Positions 42,881 to 54,516 are shown, counted from the stretch's first letter. The stretch is DNA of 64,000 nucleotides from an uncultured delta proteobacterium (GCA_963803975.1 CAWDOY010000009.1:64001-128000); one strand, 5' to 3'. The notes: generated from the letters alone by a model not told the origin. Program-made: numbers and translations.

Positions 42881-43109
42881 GGAGTATAAAATTTGTTGGA
42901 CAATTGGAAGAAAAACTGGGTAGAGTATTGAAACCGCAAAAAGGCGGGAGACCAAAGAAGCAGAAAAACTAGTATGATGTCCCCGGATTTATTATTTTCA
43001 TACCTTCACTTGCGTTTTCCTAGTTTACTATTTTTTAAGTGAGGAGATATCTTCATGACTATCATTGTATCACACGGTAGTTTTAGTGCGCAGCAGGTGG
43101 ATATCATCT

Positions 43110-43500
43110 GATTTTGAAATGGAAAATTATTTACAGAACACATTCGGAAATATCTGCAATCGCTGTCTATGCAGCGGCTAGAACTCGTTGGTGCAGCCAC
43201 CGAGATGATTTTCAACCAGACTCAGAGCGATATAGATGTGGCAGTTGATTTCAAGGGAAATGAACGACTGTTCGAAAGTTACTTCGATTTGAGACAGCAG
43301 TTAGAACACAGTTTCGGGAGAAGGCTGTATGTTATGCACAGTAAAGCGCTGCAGATCCTATGTGAACAATCGATTGATTGAGACATGGTGAACTCGATGA
43401 GTGTACTAAATATTCTGAATGATCGAGTACAGACTGAATTCGGGCTTTCATTTGAGCAGTAAGCAACGATTTTTATTGGACTAGCGATGAGGAATATCAA
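43110..43500 (+). pseudogene. Degraded MNT-HEPN (DUF86) toxin-antitoxin remnant
   Basis: RLELVG.A...F...SDIDV.V.F...F.SYF.L...LE..FGR, followed by a stop-interrupted G.SFEQ fragment. Confidence 0.55.
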
Positions 43501-43609
43501 GCTCTACTGGAGACAATGCGGATAAAACTTCGCGAAGGGTACAATAAATCTGTAATCCTTGCGCGGGTTCAATCAGATGAGAGATTGACAGACTTAATAC
43601 TTTCTGCGA

Positions 43610-43825
43610 GCTCATATCCTTCGCGCGACCCACTCGTTTTCAAAATAACGATAACGTATAAAAATCTCTCTTGTACAGTTCAAGGGGACTCTAAAAATAG
43701 AATTTTCACCGGGCTCAATGAATGCAACCTATTTTTTTATTCCCTCTGTTCAGCGCAAATCAAATTATTAGAGGTACCCTTAAATTATACACTAAAGGTT
43801 TGATGGAAGTCAACGGATTGACCGG
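43610..43825 (-). repeat. Copy 2 of the clpS promoter/leader including ATGAGC, interrupted by a MITE
   Basis: gctcatatccttcgcgcgacc...tctctcttgtac and ttaaattatacactaaaggtttgatggaagtcaacgg match copy 1. Confidence 0.9.
43682..43781. mobile_element. About 100-bp MITE-like insertion
   Basis: Absent from copy 1; imperfect ends aaggggactctaaaaat/attattagaggtaccctt. Confidence 0.7.
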
Positions 43826-43909
43826 TGATGCTGTAGCCGACCATGTCGGTAAAGATGACCAAGCCGCAGATGAAGCTGATGTAGAGGCAATGCATGACAA
43901 GTGGTTTTC

Positions 43910-44122
43910 TTATAAATATTTTTTAAAGTCCTCAATACTGAGGCCTGCATCTCTAACTATACCTGCCATGGTAAAGGAATTGATTGGATTTGTCCGCGGG
44001 ATGGTAATAATTCGCTCTCCATTAGTCATCGTTATATGTTTACCCTGTCTCGCAACCCAAAAACCCGCTTTCTTGAAAGCGTTAACTGCTCGCTGGTGGC
44101 TGATACCGGAGAGTTTCGGCAT
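43910..44122 (-). CDS. hicA: HicA family toxin
   Basis: MPKL.G......AF.K.GF...RQGKHI.M......IP. Confidence 0.88.
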   Translation of the reverse strand: MPKLSGISHQRAVNAFKKAGFWVARQGKHITMTNGERIITIPRTNPINSFTMAGIVRDAGLSIEDFKKYL

Positions 44123-44125
44123 GAA

Positions 44126-44320
44126 TTATCCTACTTCCACATAACGGGCCTTCTTGCCTTTGCTTAATCCCTCGACAGTTGCGAGATATGCCTCTATGGC
44201 ATCTTTAATGTTTTCCAAAGCATCTTCTTCGGTTTGTCCCTGTGACCAGCACCCCGGCAAACCGGGGGCCCACACAGCATACCCCTCGTCTGTTTTTTTA
44301 AGAGTTACTTTGTATCTCAT
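44126..44320 (-). CDS. hicB: HicB family antitoxin (short)
   Basis: GYAVW.P.LPGCWSQG.T.E.AL.NI.DAI..YL; GGAG RBS. Confidence 0.9.
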   Translation of the reverse strand: MRYKVTLKKTDEGYAVWAPGLPGCWSQGQTEEDALENIKDAIEAYLATVEGLSKGKKARYVEVG

Positions 44321-44410
44321 AGTGATGCTCCTGAGGGCAGGTTAGTAGTAGCAAAATCGTGCCCGGTTAAACCAGGTTGCTTTCTTTATTTTATTATACG
44401 TCATAAAATG

Positions 44411-44450
44411 AAATTATACACCAAAGGTTTGCGGCAAGTCAACGGATTGA
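44411..44450 (-). promoter_or_regulatory. Copy 3 (core) of the clpS promoter, pointing into hicBA
   Basis: aaattatacaccaaaggtttgcggcaagtcaacggattga keeps both the TTGACT and TATAAT boxes. Confidence 0.75.
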
Positions 44451-44678
44451 GACCCCACCATTAAGGAGGGGGTATTGACAGGAAAACTTATTACTGGGAA
44501 TATTTGCTTTGATTTTAATTGGTTTATAAAAATGATTTTTTGCTGGCTGGCTGAAAATGTACTCTGAAGTGCTGTGCAAAAGAGCCAGTTCAAATTCAAG
44601 TTTTTACAGAGGAGCTTATCCATCTGAAGTACTCTGAGGATAAACAAAAAAACAGAGGCCAATTTCCACAGGAAAACA

Positions 44679-44708
44679 TTGACACTCTTTACTTCTCACT
44701 TATATAAT
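44679..44708 (+). promoter_or_regulatory. Consensus sigma70 promoter
   Basis: TTGACA-18-TATAAT. Confidence 0.75.
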
Positions 44709-44778
44709 TCTGCCAAACGCAGAATAAGCATAAAAAAACAATGTTAGGTCGATGCTCCGCACAGAGATAATAAGGTAA

Positions 44779-45498
44779 TTGATGAAAATTGTAACATGGA
44801 ATTGCAATGGTGCATTTAGAAATAAATTTCAGCACATATCACAGCTTGAAGCTGATATTTTAATAATTCAAGAATGTGAGAATCCTGAATCAATATCAAA
44901 GAAGAATGAAAGTTATCATCAATTTGCAAGAAATACATTGTGGTGTGGATCAAATAATAACAAAGGACTTGGAGTATTTGCCAGTGATGGAATAGCCCTG
45001 AATAAATTAGAATGGAACCATTTGTGGCGAGGACGCTCACTTCAATGGTTTTTACCGTTCAGGATTAATGATAAACAAACTATTCTTGCTGTATGGAATC
45101 ATCATGCAGATGCTAAAGCATTTCCATACATCGGTCAGTTTTGGTTGTTTATACAAAACAACAGGCAAGAATTCAAAAATCTTATCATCGCAGGAGATTT
45201 TAATAGCAATTCAAACTGGGATAAATGGGATCGTTGGTAGAACCATTCTGACTGTATAATCGAGTTGAAAGAAAACAATATTGAAAGTGTATATCACACA
45301 GTATTTAATGTAGAGCAGGGATCAGAGAAAATTAATACATTCTTCTCACATAGAGATCAAAATAAAGGTTATCATATCGATTACGTCTTTGGAGATAGAG
45401 GCGTTATAAATAAAACTAAAACATTTAATATTTTTGACTTTAACGATTGGAAAGAATACAGCGATCATGTTCCTGTTGTATGGGAATTCGAAGAGTGA
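44779..45498 (+). pseudogene. Endonuclease/exonuclease/phosphatase family gene with in-frame TAG at 45238-45240
   Basis: KIVTWNCN, DILIIQEC, AGDFNSN, YHIDYVF, SDHVP. Both ORFs are in the same frame; AT-rich. Confidence 0.85.
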
Positions 45499-45646
45499 CC
45501 TAAAAACTGTTTCAACTCGAATCGACTATTGTCAAACTACTGCTACACTGTTGTCATATTCAATCACAGGGTAAGATAGGGGTCACATTGACCCCTGTGG
45601 CCCTCCCCTCTGGCCCTGCTTAGGAACACATTTATGCGCGACGGTT

Positions 45647-45668
45647 TCGCGGCTGAAGCCGCTCCTAC
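45647..45668 (-). repeat. GTAG-type REP
   Basis: GTAGGAGCGGCTTCAGCCGCGA on the minus strand. Confidence 0.65.
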
Positions 45669-45732
45669 AGAAGGACAACGTATCTTTGGAACAACCTGAG
45701 AGAAAAATCCGCAGATTTATACAGGTAGAAAT

Positions 45733-47069
45733 CTAATAGAGTGTGGTGAGCTGTGCGCCCTTGAAATAATGAGAAAGGATTTCCTCGCAGGTCTTCCCCT
45801 GCTCTGCCATGCCGGCGGCTCCGATCTGGCACAGGCCCACGCCGTGCCCCCAGCCTGCGCCATGCAGGGTAAAACCGGCAGGAACATCTCCGGCGCTGCC
45901 ATAGGGCTCAACGATAAACGCCGAGCTGAGCAGATGGGTGGAGGAGAGAATGCGCCTGATCTCAAGCTCTTTGCCGATAATTTTTTCCTGTTGGGTGCCG
46001 CACACTCTCATTTTAAAAAGCCTTCCCGAAGGACCGCGCTCAAGGGGCACGAGTGCCCGTATCTCGCCAAAGTCAACGCCGGTTTTTGACAGGAGCAGCG
46101 CGCGCAGCTCTTCCTGCGGCAGATCAATCCGCCAGCGGAAAAAATCTTTGGTCTCGCAGTCAAAATCAGGAAGTATTTTTTTTATAACTGTTTTGTCTTC
46201 GATATTACAGTATGCCGCAGGCCGTGACATGATAAACTGGCGCGCATCCTCTTCGCTCATGACCGGAGAGGACGGCTCTTGCGCGTCAGTAGTACTTTCC
46301 AGGTACGGGACCGGCGTATCATCCCAGGCAACAGAAAATTTTTCTGTTATTCCTCCGCAGCACTTTGAGTAGCGCGCGTCACAGATTTCATTATTATATA
46401 CCAGGACCTGTCCCCGCGTCTCTTTCATCGCCTGTTCTGCCGCGGTGTTTATCCGCCCCAGGCCCTGGTAGCGCTGGCAGTGGTCATCCGCGCACACGTC
46501 AAAATCCCGGTGCGCTTCACGGCCGGTCCAGGAAATAACTTCAGCTGCAGCTGTAATCCGCCTTGTGGCCTGCGGGCTGCTCTGTATCTTTCCGGCCGAG
46601 CTGATTTAAGAGCCAGCTTCTGGAGCAGATGCAGTGGGCTTTTAAAAACTCTATTCTGTTCTCCGGGCTCATCTCGGATGCTATGACGCTTGCAAGGTAG
46701 GTCTCAAGATAAATGCTGTTGATGGCAATGATGCGCCCCGGAGAGGGCATCATCAAATGCAGCGCTCCCTTGAACTTCTGGACCAGCGACCGCTCCCAGT
46801 GAAAAAGTTTACCGATCTTCACCTCATGCAGGGTAAATAATGCGCTCTCAGGAACTGCTGGCGTGAGCTGCAGACTGCGGCGCGATGAATCCGGGCGCCG
46901 TCCGAATGGTAAGGCACAGAAGCTCTCCCTCGCAGAAGACCCGGTATGCTCCCGGCTTGAGGACTATATTCTCAAGATGAAATTCTCCCAGCAGCTCAAA
47001 GCTGATCTCAGGAACATCTTCAATAAGACCAACAGCGATAATTGGTTCTTTCTGTGGCAGAGCCGTCAT
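45733..47069 (-). CDS. SpoIID/LytB domain protein (two frameshifts)
   Basis: LETYL.SVI.SEM, LKAH...SRS, CADDHCQRYQG, RYSKCCGG, GAGWGHGVGLCQIGA, IL.HYF. Confidence 0.9.
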
Positions 47070-47075
47070 TTCAAT

Positions 47076-47165
47076 TTCCCATTCCCTGTTGCCTATTGCC
47101 TGACTGCCTGTTGCCTTTTTCCATCATTCACTGCAATCCGCACTAACCCCCAATCCCCAACCCCG
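47076..47165. repeat. Two stacked 7-nt repeat arms at the DUF4922/spoIID junction
   Basis: tgcctat/tgcctgac/tgcctgt and ccccaat/ccccaac. Confidence 0.6.
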
Positions 47166-48168
47166 AGAAAACTTCCGGTCCCTGACACACTTCCCGGAAT
47201 ATCTCAAGAATCATTTCCCGGTCAAGCCTGTCAAAGTCCTCCCGCCGAGGAAGTATCAGAAGCCCGCCGACATCAACCGCTCCGGGGCTGATCACCATCT
47301 TTTCCGGGTCATCTTTAAAATAGCAGGCCGGCCGGTGCGCCTTGCGGGGAAAGAGTATGCCGTAATAGGTTCCGCTGCTGCCCGCAATGATGACATTCAC
47401 CATGGCTTCCTCTTCACCTGCACATGCTGCGGGCAGCGAGCAGAGCACGCGGCTAAACCGTTCCTGTAAAAAATCCGGGCTTTTCGTCTTGCAGATAAAT
47501 ACTGAGCGAAAATCAGGGTATCCGATGAAGCACGTCCCCTGCGGGCTTTCTTCAATTTTTTGCAGCACCGGGCTGCCGCTCTCTTCTTCTATGAGTCTTT
47601 TAATCTGCTCGACCAGCGGGATGGCGCCGGCAGGTGCCATCTGAAAATGCAGGTGGTCCGGGGCGGATGCTCCGCAGGCAGGGCCGTTATAGAAGGCAAT
47701 GAAGCTGAAATCAAGCTCTCTCGTCAGCGCGATCATGGCCGGCAGCGCCGGCTCGATTCTCTGCAGGCAGTGCTCAGTATGGGAGATGACCAGGTGATCA
47801 GGGAAAGAGCGGCGCGGGATTATTTAAAATAAGCCACTCGTCCCGATACAGCAGGCGCGCGCTGCTCGGCGGGGAGATTCTGCAGGCAGAGAAAGCAGGG
47901 CCGCTTGCTGATTGACTCTTTATCAACCGGAGACCGGGCGCTTATAATTCTTCCGGGATTGCACTGAAGCGTTATTGCAAGGTCATTTAACTGCAGCGTT
48001 CCTGAAAAGAGCCTGCTTCAGGAGCGCGTGCGCTTTTTTAAGCTCTGGCCAGTTTTCAAGCTGCTGCGCTATGAGCGCGCGCACTGCATCAGTTAAAGAC
48101 CGGGACGGTGTATCAGTGAGATACGGGGCGAGCGCTGCTTCATCAAGCAGCAGGTTTTCTAAGCTCAC
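47143..48168 (-). CDS. DUF4922 family (HIT-like phosphorylase fold), frameshifted
   Basis: QCNP.RI, PCFLC..NLP, YNGP.CGASAPDHLHFQ, PR..HRP, SPGAVD.GG. Confidence 0.75.
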
Positions 48169-49638
48169 GTCACACCCTTTCCTGCCTTGATTCTCTCTGC
48201 TATTTCCGTGGTTCTCAGTCCGTCCTTGTAAAAAGCGTAGCAATTCTCCTGCTCATGGGAGAGGTTTGCGTCAGAGTTTCCTTCCCAGCGCCGGCACAAA
48301 TACAGGGGCTTAAAAATTCTGCCGACCCGGTACTCGCGGGAAATCCGCAGCGCCATTGCGTAATCCTCGCCGTAGCTGACATTGGGAAACGGGTGCTTGC
48401 GCAGAAGGCTTGCGGGAAACGCGCGCGGCGCGCCGATGCCGTGGACCCTGAGCAGGTTGTTGCGGCCGTTCTCCTCGGTCCACTCCCGGTGCTCCACGAG
48501 CCCCGGCGGAATCTCCTGCAGGGAAAAATTCACCACCCGGTAGGTGCCGACCACCATGCCGTACTGCCCTTCCTGCAGCATGGCTATGACCGCGGCAAGA
48601 GTCCCGTCATCCGCGTACAGGTCATCTGAATCAAGCTGGCAGACATAGCGGCCGCACTGCGGCGACATAATGGCCTCATTCCAGCACCCGCCAATGCCAA
48701 GGTCAGTGCGCTGCAGGAATTATATGCACCACCCGCGCATCTTTTGCTGCGAGTTCCTCAACCCGCTCGCCGGTTTTGTCCGTTGAATGGTTCTGCACCA
48801 CGATGACGTTAAAGGGAAATGCGGTCTTCTGCCCGAGAGCGCTTGCAATGGCATCGGCTATGGTCTTCTCCCGGTTGCGCACCGGTATGACCACGCTTGC
48901 CTCAACCGGATACGCGGATGCGTCATGAGGAACCGTTCTGCATGAGGGCCTGACGTACGCCCCGATCTCTTTTAAATGCTCGGTCGCCAGCGCCTCCATC
49001 TCCTGCTGGTATGCCACGCGCGCCGGGTCAACATAATCAAAGAGCGACCTGGTTACATCTTTGCGATAATCCTTTGCCGCTATGGAGAGCGGCTCAGGTA
49101 TGCGCGCCACTCCCGCACTGCGGGAAATTCTCAGGCGCAGCTCATAGAGGCCGCCCCAGCGGGTGTCCTGCAGGGGGCCGTACTGCTCCCGTGCCGCCTC
49201 GCAAGACTCTTTTCTGAAGAGCATCAGGGGCCCGAAAAAAAAGTCATCCCGTATGCTCCCCTGCTGGTAGTCAATAGTTTCCCGCACCAGAGACCGGTTT
49301 TCTTCATAATAATCCGCGTAACAGAGTCCCGCATCTGCTTCCTGCGCCCGCTGCAGCAGCCGCTCAATACCTTCCTTGAAAATTCTTACGCCGCGGGGTT
49401 TGGGAATCATCAGCACGAACGGGCACGGCTGCGCTTTTTCCAGAGCCTGTTCCAGCGCGTTTCCGCCCAGGGGAAATGATGCAGTAACGATATCGAAGCT
49501 GCCTGATACGACAGAGGCCGCATCAGGTCTTGAGAGGATAATTATTTTTTCAATGAGGGGATGATTATTGAGATCATTAAGGAGTGCGGGGTCGGGAGGA
49601 GCGTCATCTGCACAAATAATAGCGGCGATAGGGTTCAT
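48165..49638 (-). CDS. Glycosyltransferase family 2 (frameshift near 48705)
   Basis: SIRDDF.FG, ASVVIPVRNR, NHSTD, LGIGGCWN, QLDSDDLY, SYGEDY. Confidence 0.85.
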
Positions 49639-49646
49639 GGCATTAT

Positions 49647-49719
49647 AGCTTTCAGCATTCAGCTGTCAGCATAAAAATATTACCATCAACTGAAAGCTGA
49701 TTGCTGATAGCTGACAGCT
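49647..49719. repeat. Inverted 7-nt repeat array (GCTGANA-type) at the WD40/GT2 junction
   Basis: agctttc/agcattc/agctgtc, then actgaaa/gctgatt/gctgata/gctgaca. Confidence 0.85.
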
Positions 49720-51492
49720 ATTTTAATTTCCACAAGAGTGCAGGTTCCGTCATCAGAGCCGGCAATGAGATACTGGTTGTTCGGGCTGAACTGGACAGAT
49801 TCAACACTGTTGGTGTGGCCGTAAAGCTTTTTTATGACCTCGCCTTTCTCCATGTCCCAGATATAGATACCATTATCTCCGGACCCTGTTGCGAGGTACT
49901 GGCCGTCAGAGCTTATTGCCAGGCACCAGTGGGGATCTTCATTCTCTTTCAGCACTTTGACCGCTGTCCCCTTTTCCGCATCCCACACCCTGATGGTATT
50001 ATCATCGGAAGCTGATATCAGGTGCCTGCCGTCAGGCGTGTAGATTACAGACCACACATAACCGCTGTGGCCCTTCAGGCTGCGCAGGGTTTTCCCATCT
50101 TTGACGTTCCAGATTTTTATCTGGTTGTCCCAGGAGCCTGAGGCAAGAAACTGGCCGTCCGGGCTGTACGCCAGAGTCCAGACATAGCTTGCGTGGCCGC
50201 GCAATGTTTTAACCGTGGTGCCTGACTCTACATCCCATATTTTTATGGTATTATCATCTGCTCCCGAGGCAAGATATTTTCCGTCAGGGCTGAACTGGAC
50301 AGTCACCACATAGTCCTCATGCTCCTTAAGGGTTTTAATCTCCTGCCAGGACGTCGCATCCCATATCTTTATGGTTTCATCGTCAGAGGCTGATGCCAGG
50401 AGCTTTCCATCAGGGCTGAAGCAGATGCAGTTGACATCATCCGTATGGCTTTCGAGCTCCTTAATGAGGGCGCCGCTTTTAATGTCCCACACCCGGATGC
50501 CGCCGTCCTTTGAAGCGGAAACAAACTGGTCCCCCCGGGGATGAAACTGGGCTGACCAGACAAACCGGGTAAAACCGTCAATCGTTTTTACCGGCGTTTT
50601 CTTCTCTATGTCCCAGATTTTTATGGTGCAGTCCCGCGAACCCGACGCAAAGTGTTTGCCGTCAGGGTTGATGCTCAGCGACCAGATAAATCCCGTATGC
50701 CCCTTGTAGGTCCGCACTTCCCGGCCGGTGGCAAGGTTCCACATTTTAATGGTGCCGTCATCAGAGCTTGAGAACAGGAACTTTCCGTCAGACGTATAGC
50801 TGACGGCAATCACGTAATCCCGGTGACCGGAAAGCGTCTGCACATCTTTGCCGGTCTGCCACATCCCATAGTTTCACCGTCATATCATCTGAGGCGGATG
50901 CGATATATTTTCCGTCCGGGCTGAACGCGATTGCCTCAATGATGTTGGTGTGCCCTTCAAAGGACTTGATAAGCTTGCCGGTCTTTAAGTCCCAGAGCTT
51001 GATGGTGTCGTCATCCGAGCCTGATGCCAGGAACTGCCGGTCAGGGCTGAAGCGCACCGAGGTCACGCCATTAGCGTGGCCGCGCAGGGTCATGACCGCC
51101 TTGCCGGTCTTTACATCCCAGAGTTTTATAGTGGCATCATCTGAGCCTGAGGCCAGCAGTTTTCCGTCAGAGCTGAAGCGCACCGTTGTCACATCATTGG
51201 TGTGGCCCCGCAGGGTTGTCACTGCCTTGTTGGTCTTTAAATCCCAGAGTTTGATGGTGTCATCATCCGAGCCGGATGCAAGCAGTTTTCCGTCAGGGCT
51301 GAAGCTGATCGAGACTACGAAATCCGTGTGGCCGGCCAGCAAGGCCTTTTCCTTATATGTTTCTGTATCCAGCAGGTATATGCCGATAGACGTGGCAACC
51401 GCCAGGGTCTTGCCGTCAGGGGAATACTTTACGTTGAAAATCCAGCCCTTGCCGAAGGTGCGCACGGGTGTGCTCTTAATTTTTAGTGCCAT
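49686..51492 (-). CDS. WD40 repeat protein, about 14 repeats (frameshift near 50860)
   Basis: Repeated GH..V..V.FSPDG..LASGS.D.TIK.WD. Confidence 0.93.
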
Positions 51493-51517
51493 AGGGTTTC
51501 TCTTACAGAAGATAACC

Positions 51518-51666
51518 AGGCTGTTGAAAAACACCCATCTGCTGCGTTGCGCTCATCCTTCGTCATTGCGACGTACGGTAATGTACGACTCATTCCTCAG
51601 GATTTCGCGCGCCTTGCATCTGAATGTTTTTGACCAGCCTGGGGAAAACTACCTTTTCAACAACCG
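51518..51666 (-). mobile_element. MITE-like family A, copy 2
   Basis: Reverse complement of 35339-35486 with few differences. Confidence 0.85.
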
Positions 51667-51667
51667 T

Positions 51668-52943
51668 TTAAGGAGTCAGAGAGTTAAGGAGTTGCAGGAG
51701 TTTAAGCATTATTAACTCCGTCACTCCGGAACTCCCGAACTCTGCAACTGCAATTATATGTGTCTTTTCTGCTTTAAACTTTGCTATTTCATCACTGCCG
51801 AAGCCAAGCTCCTTCAATACTTCTTCATTGTGCTGGCCGAGCGTGGGTGGAGCAGCCGTTACCTCAGCCGGTGTTTTGGAAAACTTGATCGGGGCGCCGG
51901 TTACCTTGATTTTGCCGCACTTGGGGTGATCAATCTCGACCAGCATATCCCGGGCAATAACCTGCGGATCGGCAAAAATCCGGTCAATGGTGTAAATAGG
52001 CCCGCAGGGAACGCCGGCCTTGTCCAGGATGTCAAGCCACTGATCCATGGTTTTGGTGGCGATCACCGGGTTGATAATTTCAACTACCTCTTTGCGGTTT
52101 TTCACCCGCTGGGCGTTGGTGGCAAACTTCGGGTCACTGACAATGTTCTGCAGGCCGGTTGCCTCGCAGAATTTTTGCCAGAGGTTATCATTGCCCACGG
52201 CAATATTGATATAGGCGTCTTGTGGCCTTGAAGGCCTGATAGGGAACAATGAGCGGATGGCCGGAGCCGATTTTTTCCGGCACATCGCCTGCTGTCAGGT
52301 ACCGGCCAGCCTGATAGGTAAGCCAGGAAACCTGTCCGTCAAGCATTGAGGCATCAACCATCTGGCCTTCGCCGGTGCGCTGCCGGTGATACAGTGCGGT
52401 GAGAATACCGATGGCGGCAAACATGCCGGTTGCAATGTCGGTAACCGCCACGCCGACTTTTATTGGCGGCCCGCCCGGCTCGCCGGTGATCCCCATGATG
52501 CCGCCCATTCCCTGCAGCACCTGGTCAAAACCGGGGCGCTCGCGGTAGGGGCCGGTCTGGCCGAACCCGGAGATGGAGCAGTAGATGATTTTCGGGTTTA
52601 TCTTCTTGACGCTCTCATAGTCAAGGCCGAGCCGGTCCATGGCACCGGGGCGGTTGGTTTCAAGAAGCACGTCCGCCTTTTCAAGCATCTTGTTAATAAT
52701 GGATTTGGCATCCTTGCTCTTCAGATTAAGGGAGATGCTCTTTTTGTTGCGGTTGACGCTTAAAAAATAAGCGCTCTCTCCTTCAACAAAGGGCGGGCCC
52801 CATGCCCGCGAGTCATCACCTGAGCCCGGTGGCTCTACCTTGATAACCTCAGCTCCCATATCAGCCAGGAGCATGGTGCAGTAAGGGCCTGCCAGTGCCC
52901 GTGAAAAATCAATTATTTTAATACCTTCCAGTGCGCGTGCCAT
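51668..52943 (-). CDS. CaiB/BaiF family III CoA-transferase (frameshift near 52225; true C-terminus probably near 51755)
   Basis: LAGPYC..LAD.GAEVIKVE, NRNKKS, SGFGQTGP, D.ATG, PP.LGQH. Confidence 0.92.
51671..51752. repeat. Inverted 8-nt repeat array (AGGAGTTN-type)
   Basis: aggagtca/gagagtta/aggagttg/aggagttt, then taactccg/tcactccg/gaactccc/gaactctg. Confidence 0.85.
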
Positions 52944-53115
52944 ATACCTGTTCCGCCTTCCATCTGAATTGAGTCATATACCCCTATGACATAACTACCC
53001 GTAATAAGTTTTTAACTATATGAATATGGATGAAAATTGTCAACCCATTTTAGACCGAAAGTAAAAACGCGAACGGGCGCATGCCCCTGCTATCGCGCTT
53101 CAACAGCCGGCGGCC

Positions 53116-54393
53116 TCACCTGAAAGTGCTTTGCAATATATCAAGCAGCAGCCTGATGTTTAAAAATGTTACGATAGCGGCAAGCAGCAAGAGGATGCAA
53201 TTATCTATACGGGAATTTTTATAGGGACCCATTACCTTTTCTGCTGCGGTTAAATAAATCTGCAGGAAAACGGTGATCGGCAGCTGCATGCTCAAAAACA
53301 CCTGGGATAGAATCAGTCCCTGGAATGGTTTTTCAATAAAAAAAATCATTACGGTTGCGGCACAAAGAGTAATGACGACACCGGTTCTTGAAGAGGGGGA
53401 GCCAATATCATAGGGCTTGCCAAAAATTCCAGAAAATATTGAGCCGCCTGCAAGACCGGCGGTTACGGTCGAGGAAATTCCTGAAAAAAGAAGGGCCAGA
53501 GCAAACACCAGTGCGGCTGAGCTGCCCAGCAGCGGCTTCAGCATCTCCTGTGCCTGCTGAAGCTCGCTCACCTTAATGGACCGGGTGAAAAAAATTGCAG
53601 CAGCCACCAGTATCATGGCGCTGTTTATAGCCCACCCCACCCCCATGGAAAAAAGTGTGTCGAGAAATTCGTACTTGAGCTGCCTCCTGATCGTTTCAAT
53701 GTCCTTAAGGTTCCACTGCCTGCTCTGAATGACTTCGGAATGCAGAAACAGGTTGTGCGGCATAACCACAGCTCCCAGGACGCTCATGAGCAGCATGATG
53801 GAGCCATCCGGTATGACGGGCACGACCCATCCGACAGCAGCCTTTTTCCAGTCTATGGCAATAAGGCTCAGCTCGAATAAAAAGGCGAGGCCGATCAGGG
53901 AGACAAAGCCGATAATCAGCTTTTCAAGGCTGTTGTAGGAGTTCGCAAACAGCATCCACAGAACCAGCAGCGCAGTTAAGACCGCGCCTGCTGCTATGGG
54001 AAGGCTAAAGATCATGTTAAGGGCTATCGCCCCGCCGAGTATTTCCGCGAGCGCCGTTGAAATTGCGGCAAGCACTGCGGTGCCAAGCACGGTCCGGGAC
54101 ACAGCAGGCTTGAGATGGATGGTTGCTGCCTCGGAAATGCACAATCCAGTGGCGATGCCCAAGTGCGCGGCATTGTGCTGCAGGAAAATAAGCATCACCG
54201 TTGACAGGGTCACTACCCAGAGAAGCTCATAGCCGTAGAATGACCCGGTCGCCATGTTGGCTGCCCAGTTCCCCGGGTCAATAAATCCGACCGTAACCAG
54301 GAGCCCCGGGCCGATATATTTTAGAAATTCAAGGATGCCGAACCGGGGCGTCGGTGTTTCGTTAACGCTTTCCCTGTTTTGAAAACGAGACAT
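53116..54393 (-). CDS. mntH: Nramp family divalent metal transporter
   Basis: GFIDPGNW, LAEILGGAI, GAVVMPHNLFLHS, SQ..LS.QLP. Confidence 0.93.
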   Translation of the reverse strand: MSRFQNRESVNETPTPRFGILEFLKYIGPGLLVTVGFIDPGNWAANMATGSFYGYELLWVVTLSTVMLIFLQHNAAHLGIATGLCISEAATIHLKPAVSRTVLGTAVLAAISTALAEILGGAIALNMIFSLPIAAGAVLTALLVLWMLFANSYNSLEKLIIGFVSLIGLAFLFELSLIAIDWKKAAVGWVVPVIPDGSIMLLMSVLGAVVMPHNLFLHSEVIQSRQWNLKDIETIRRQLKYEFLDTLFSMGVGWAINSAMILVAAAIFFTRSIKVSELQQAQEMLKPLLGSSAALVFALALLFSGISSTVTAGLAGGSIFSGIFGKPYDIGSPSSRTGVVITLCAATVMIFFIEKPFQGLILSQVFLSMQLPITVFLQIYLTAAEKVMGPYKNSRIDNCILLLLAAIVTFLNIRLLLDILQSTFR

Positions 54394-54516
54394 GGCGCTC
54401 TTCAATCCCTTTTCACATATAAAAACCATCCCCGCGGTACGCTGCAGGAAATTAGCCGGGCGAATAATTACAGATATACTTTTTCTCGCGCTTTCTTTCA
54501 ATATAAAACAGAAAAT

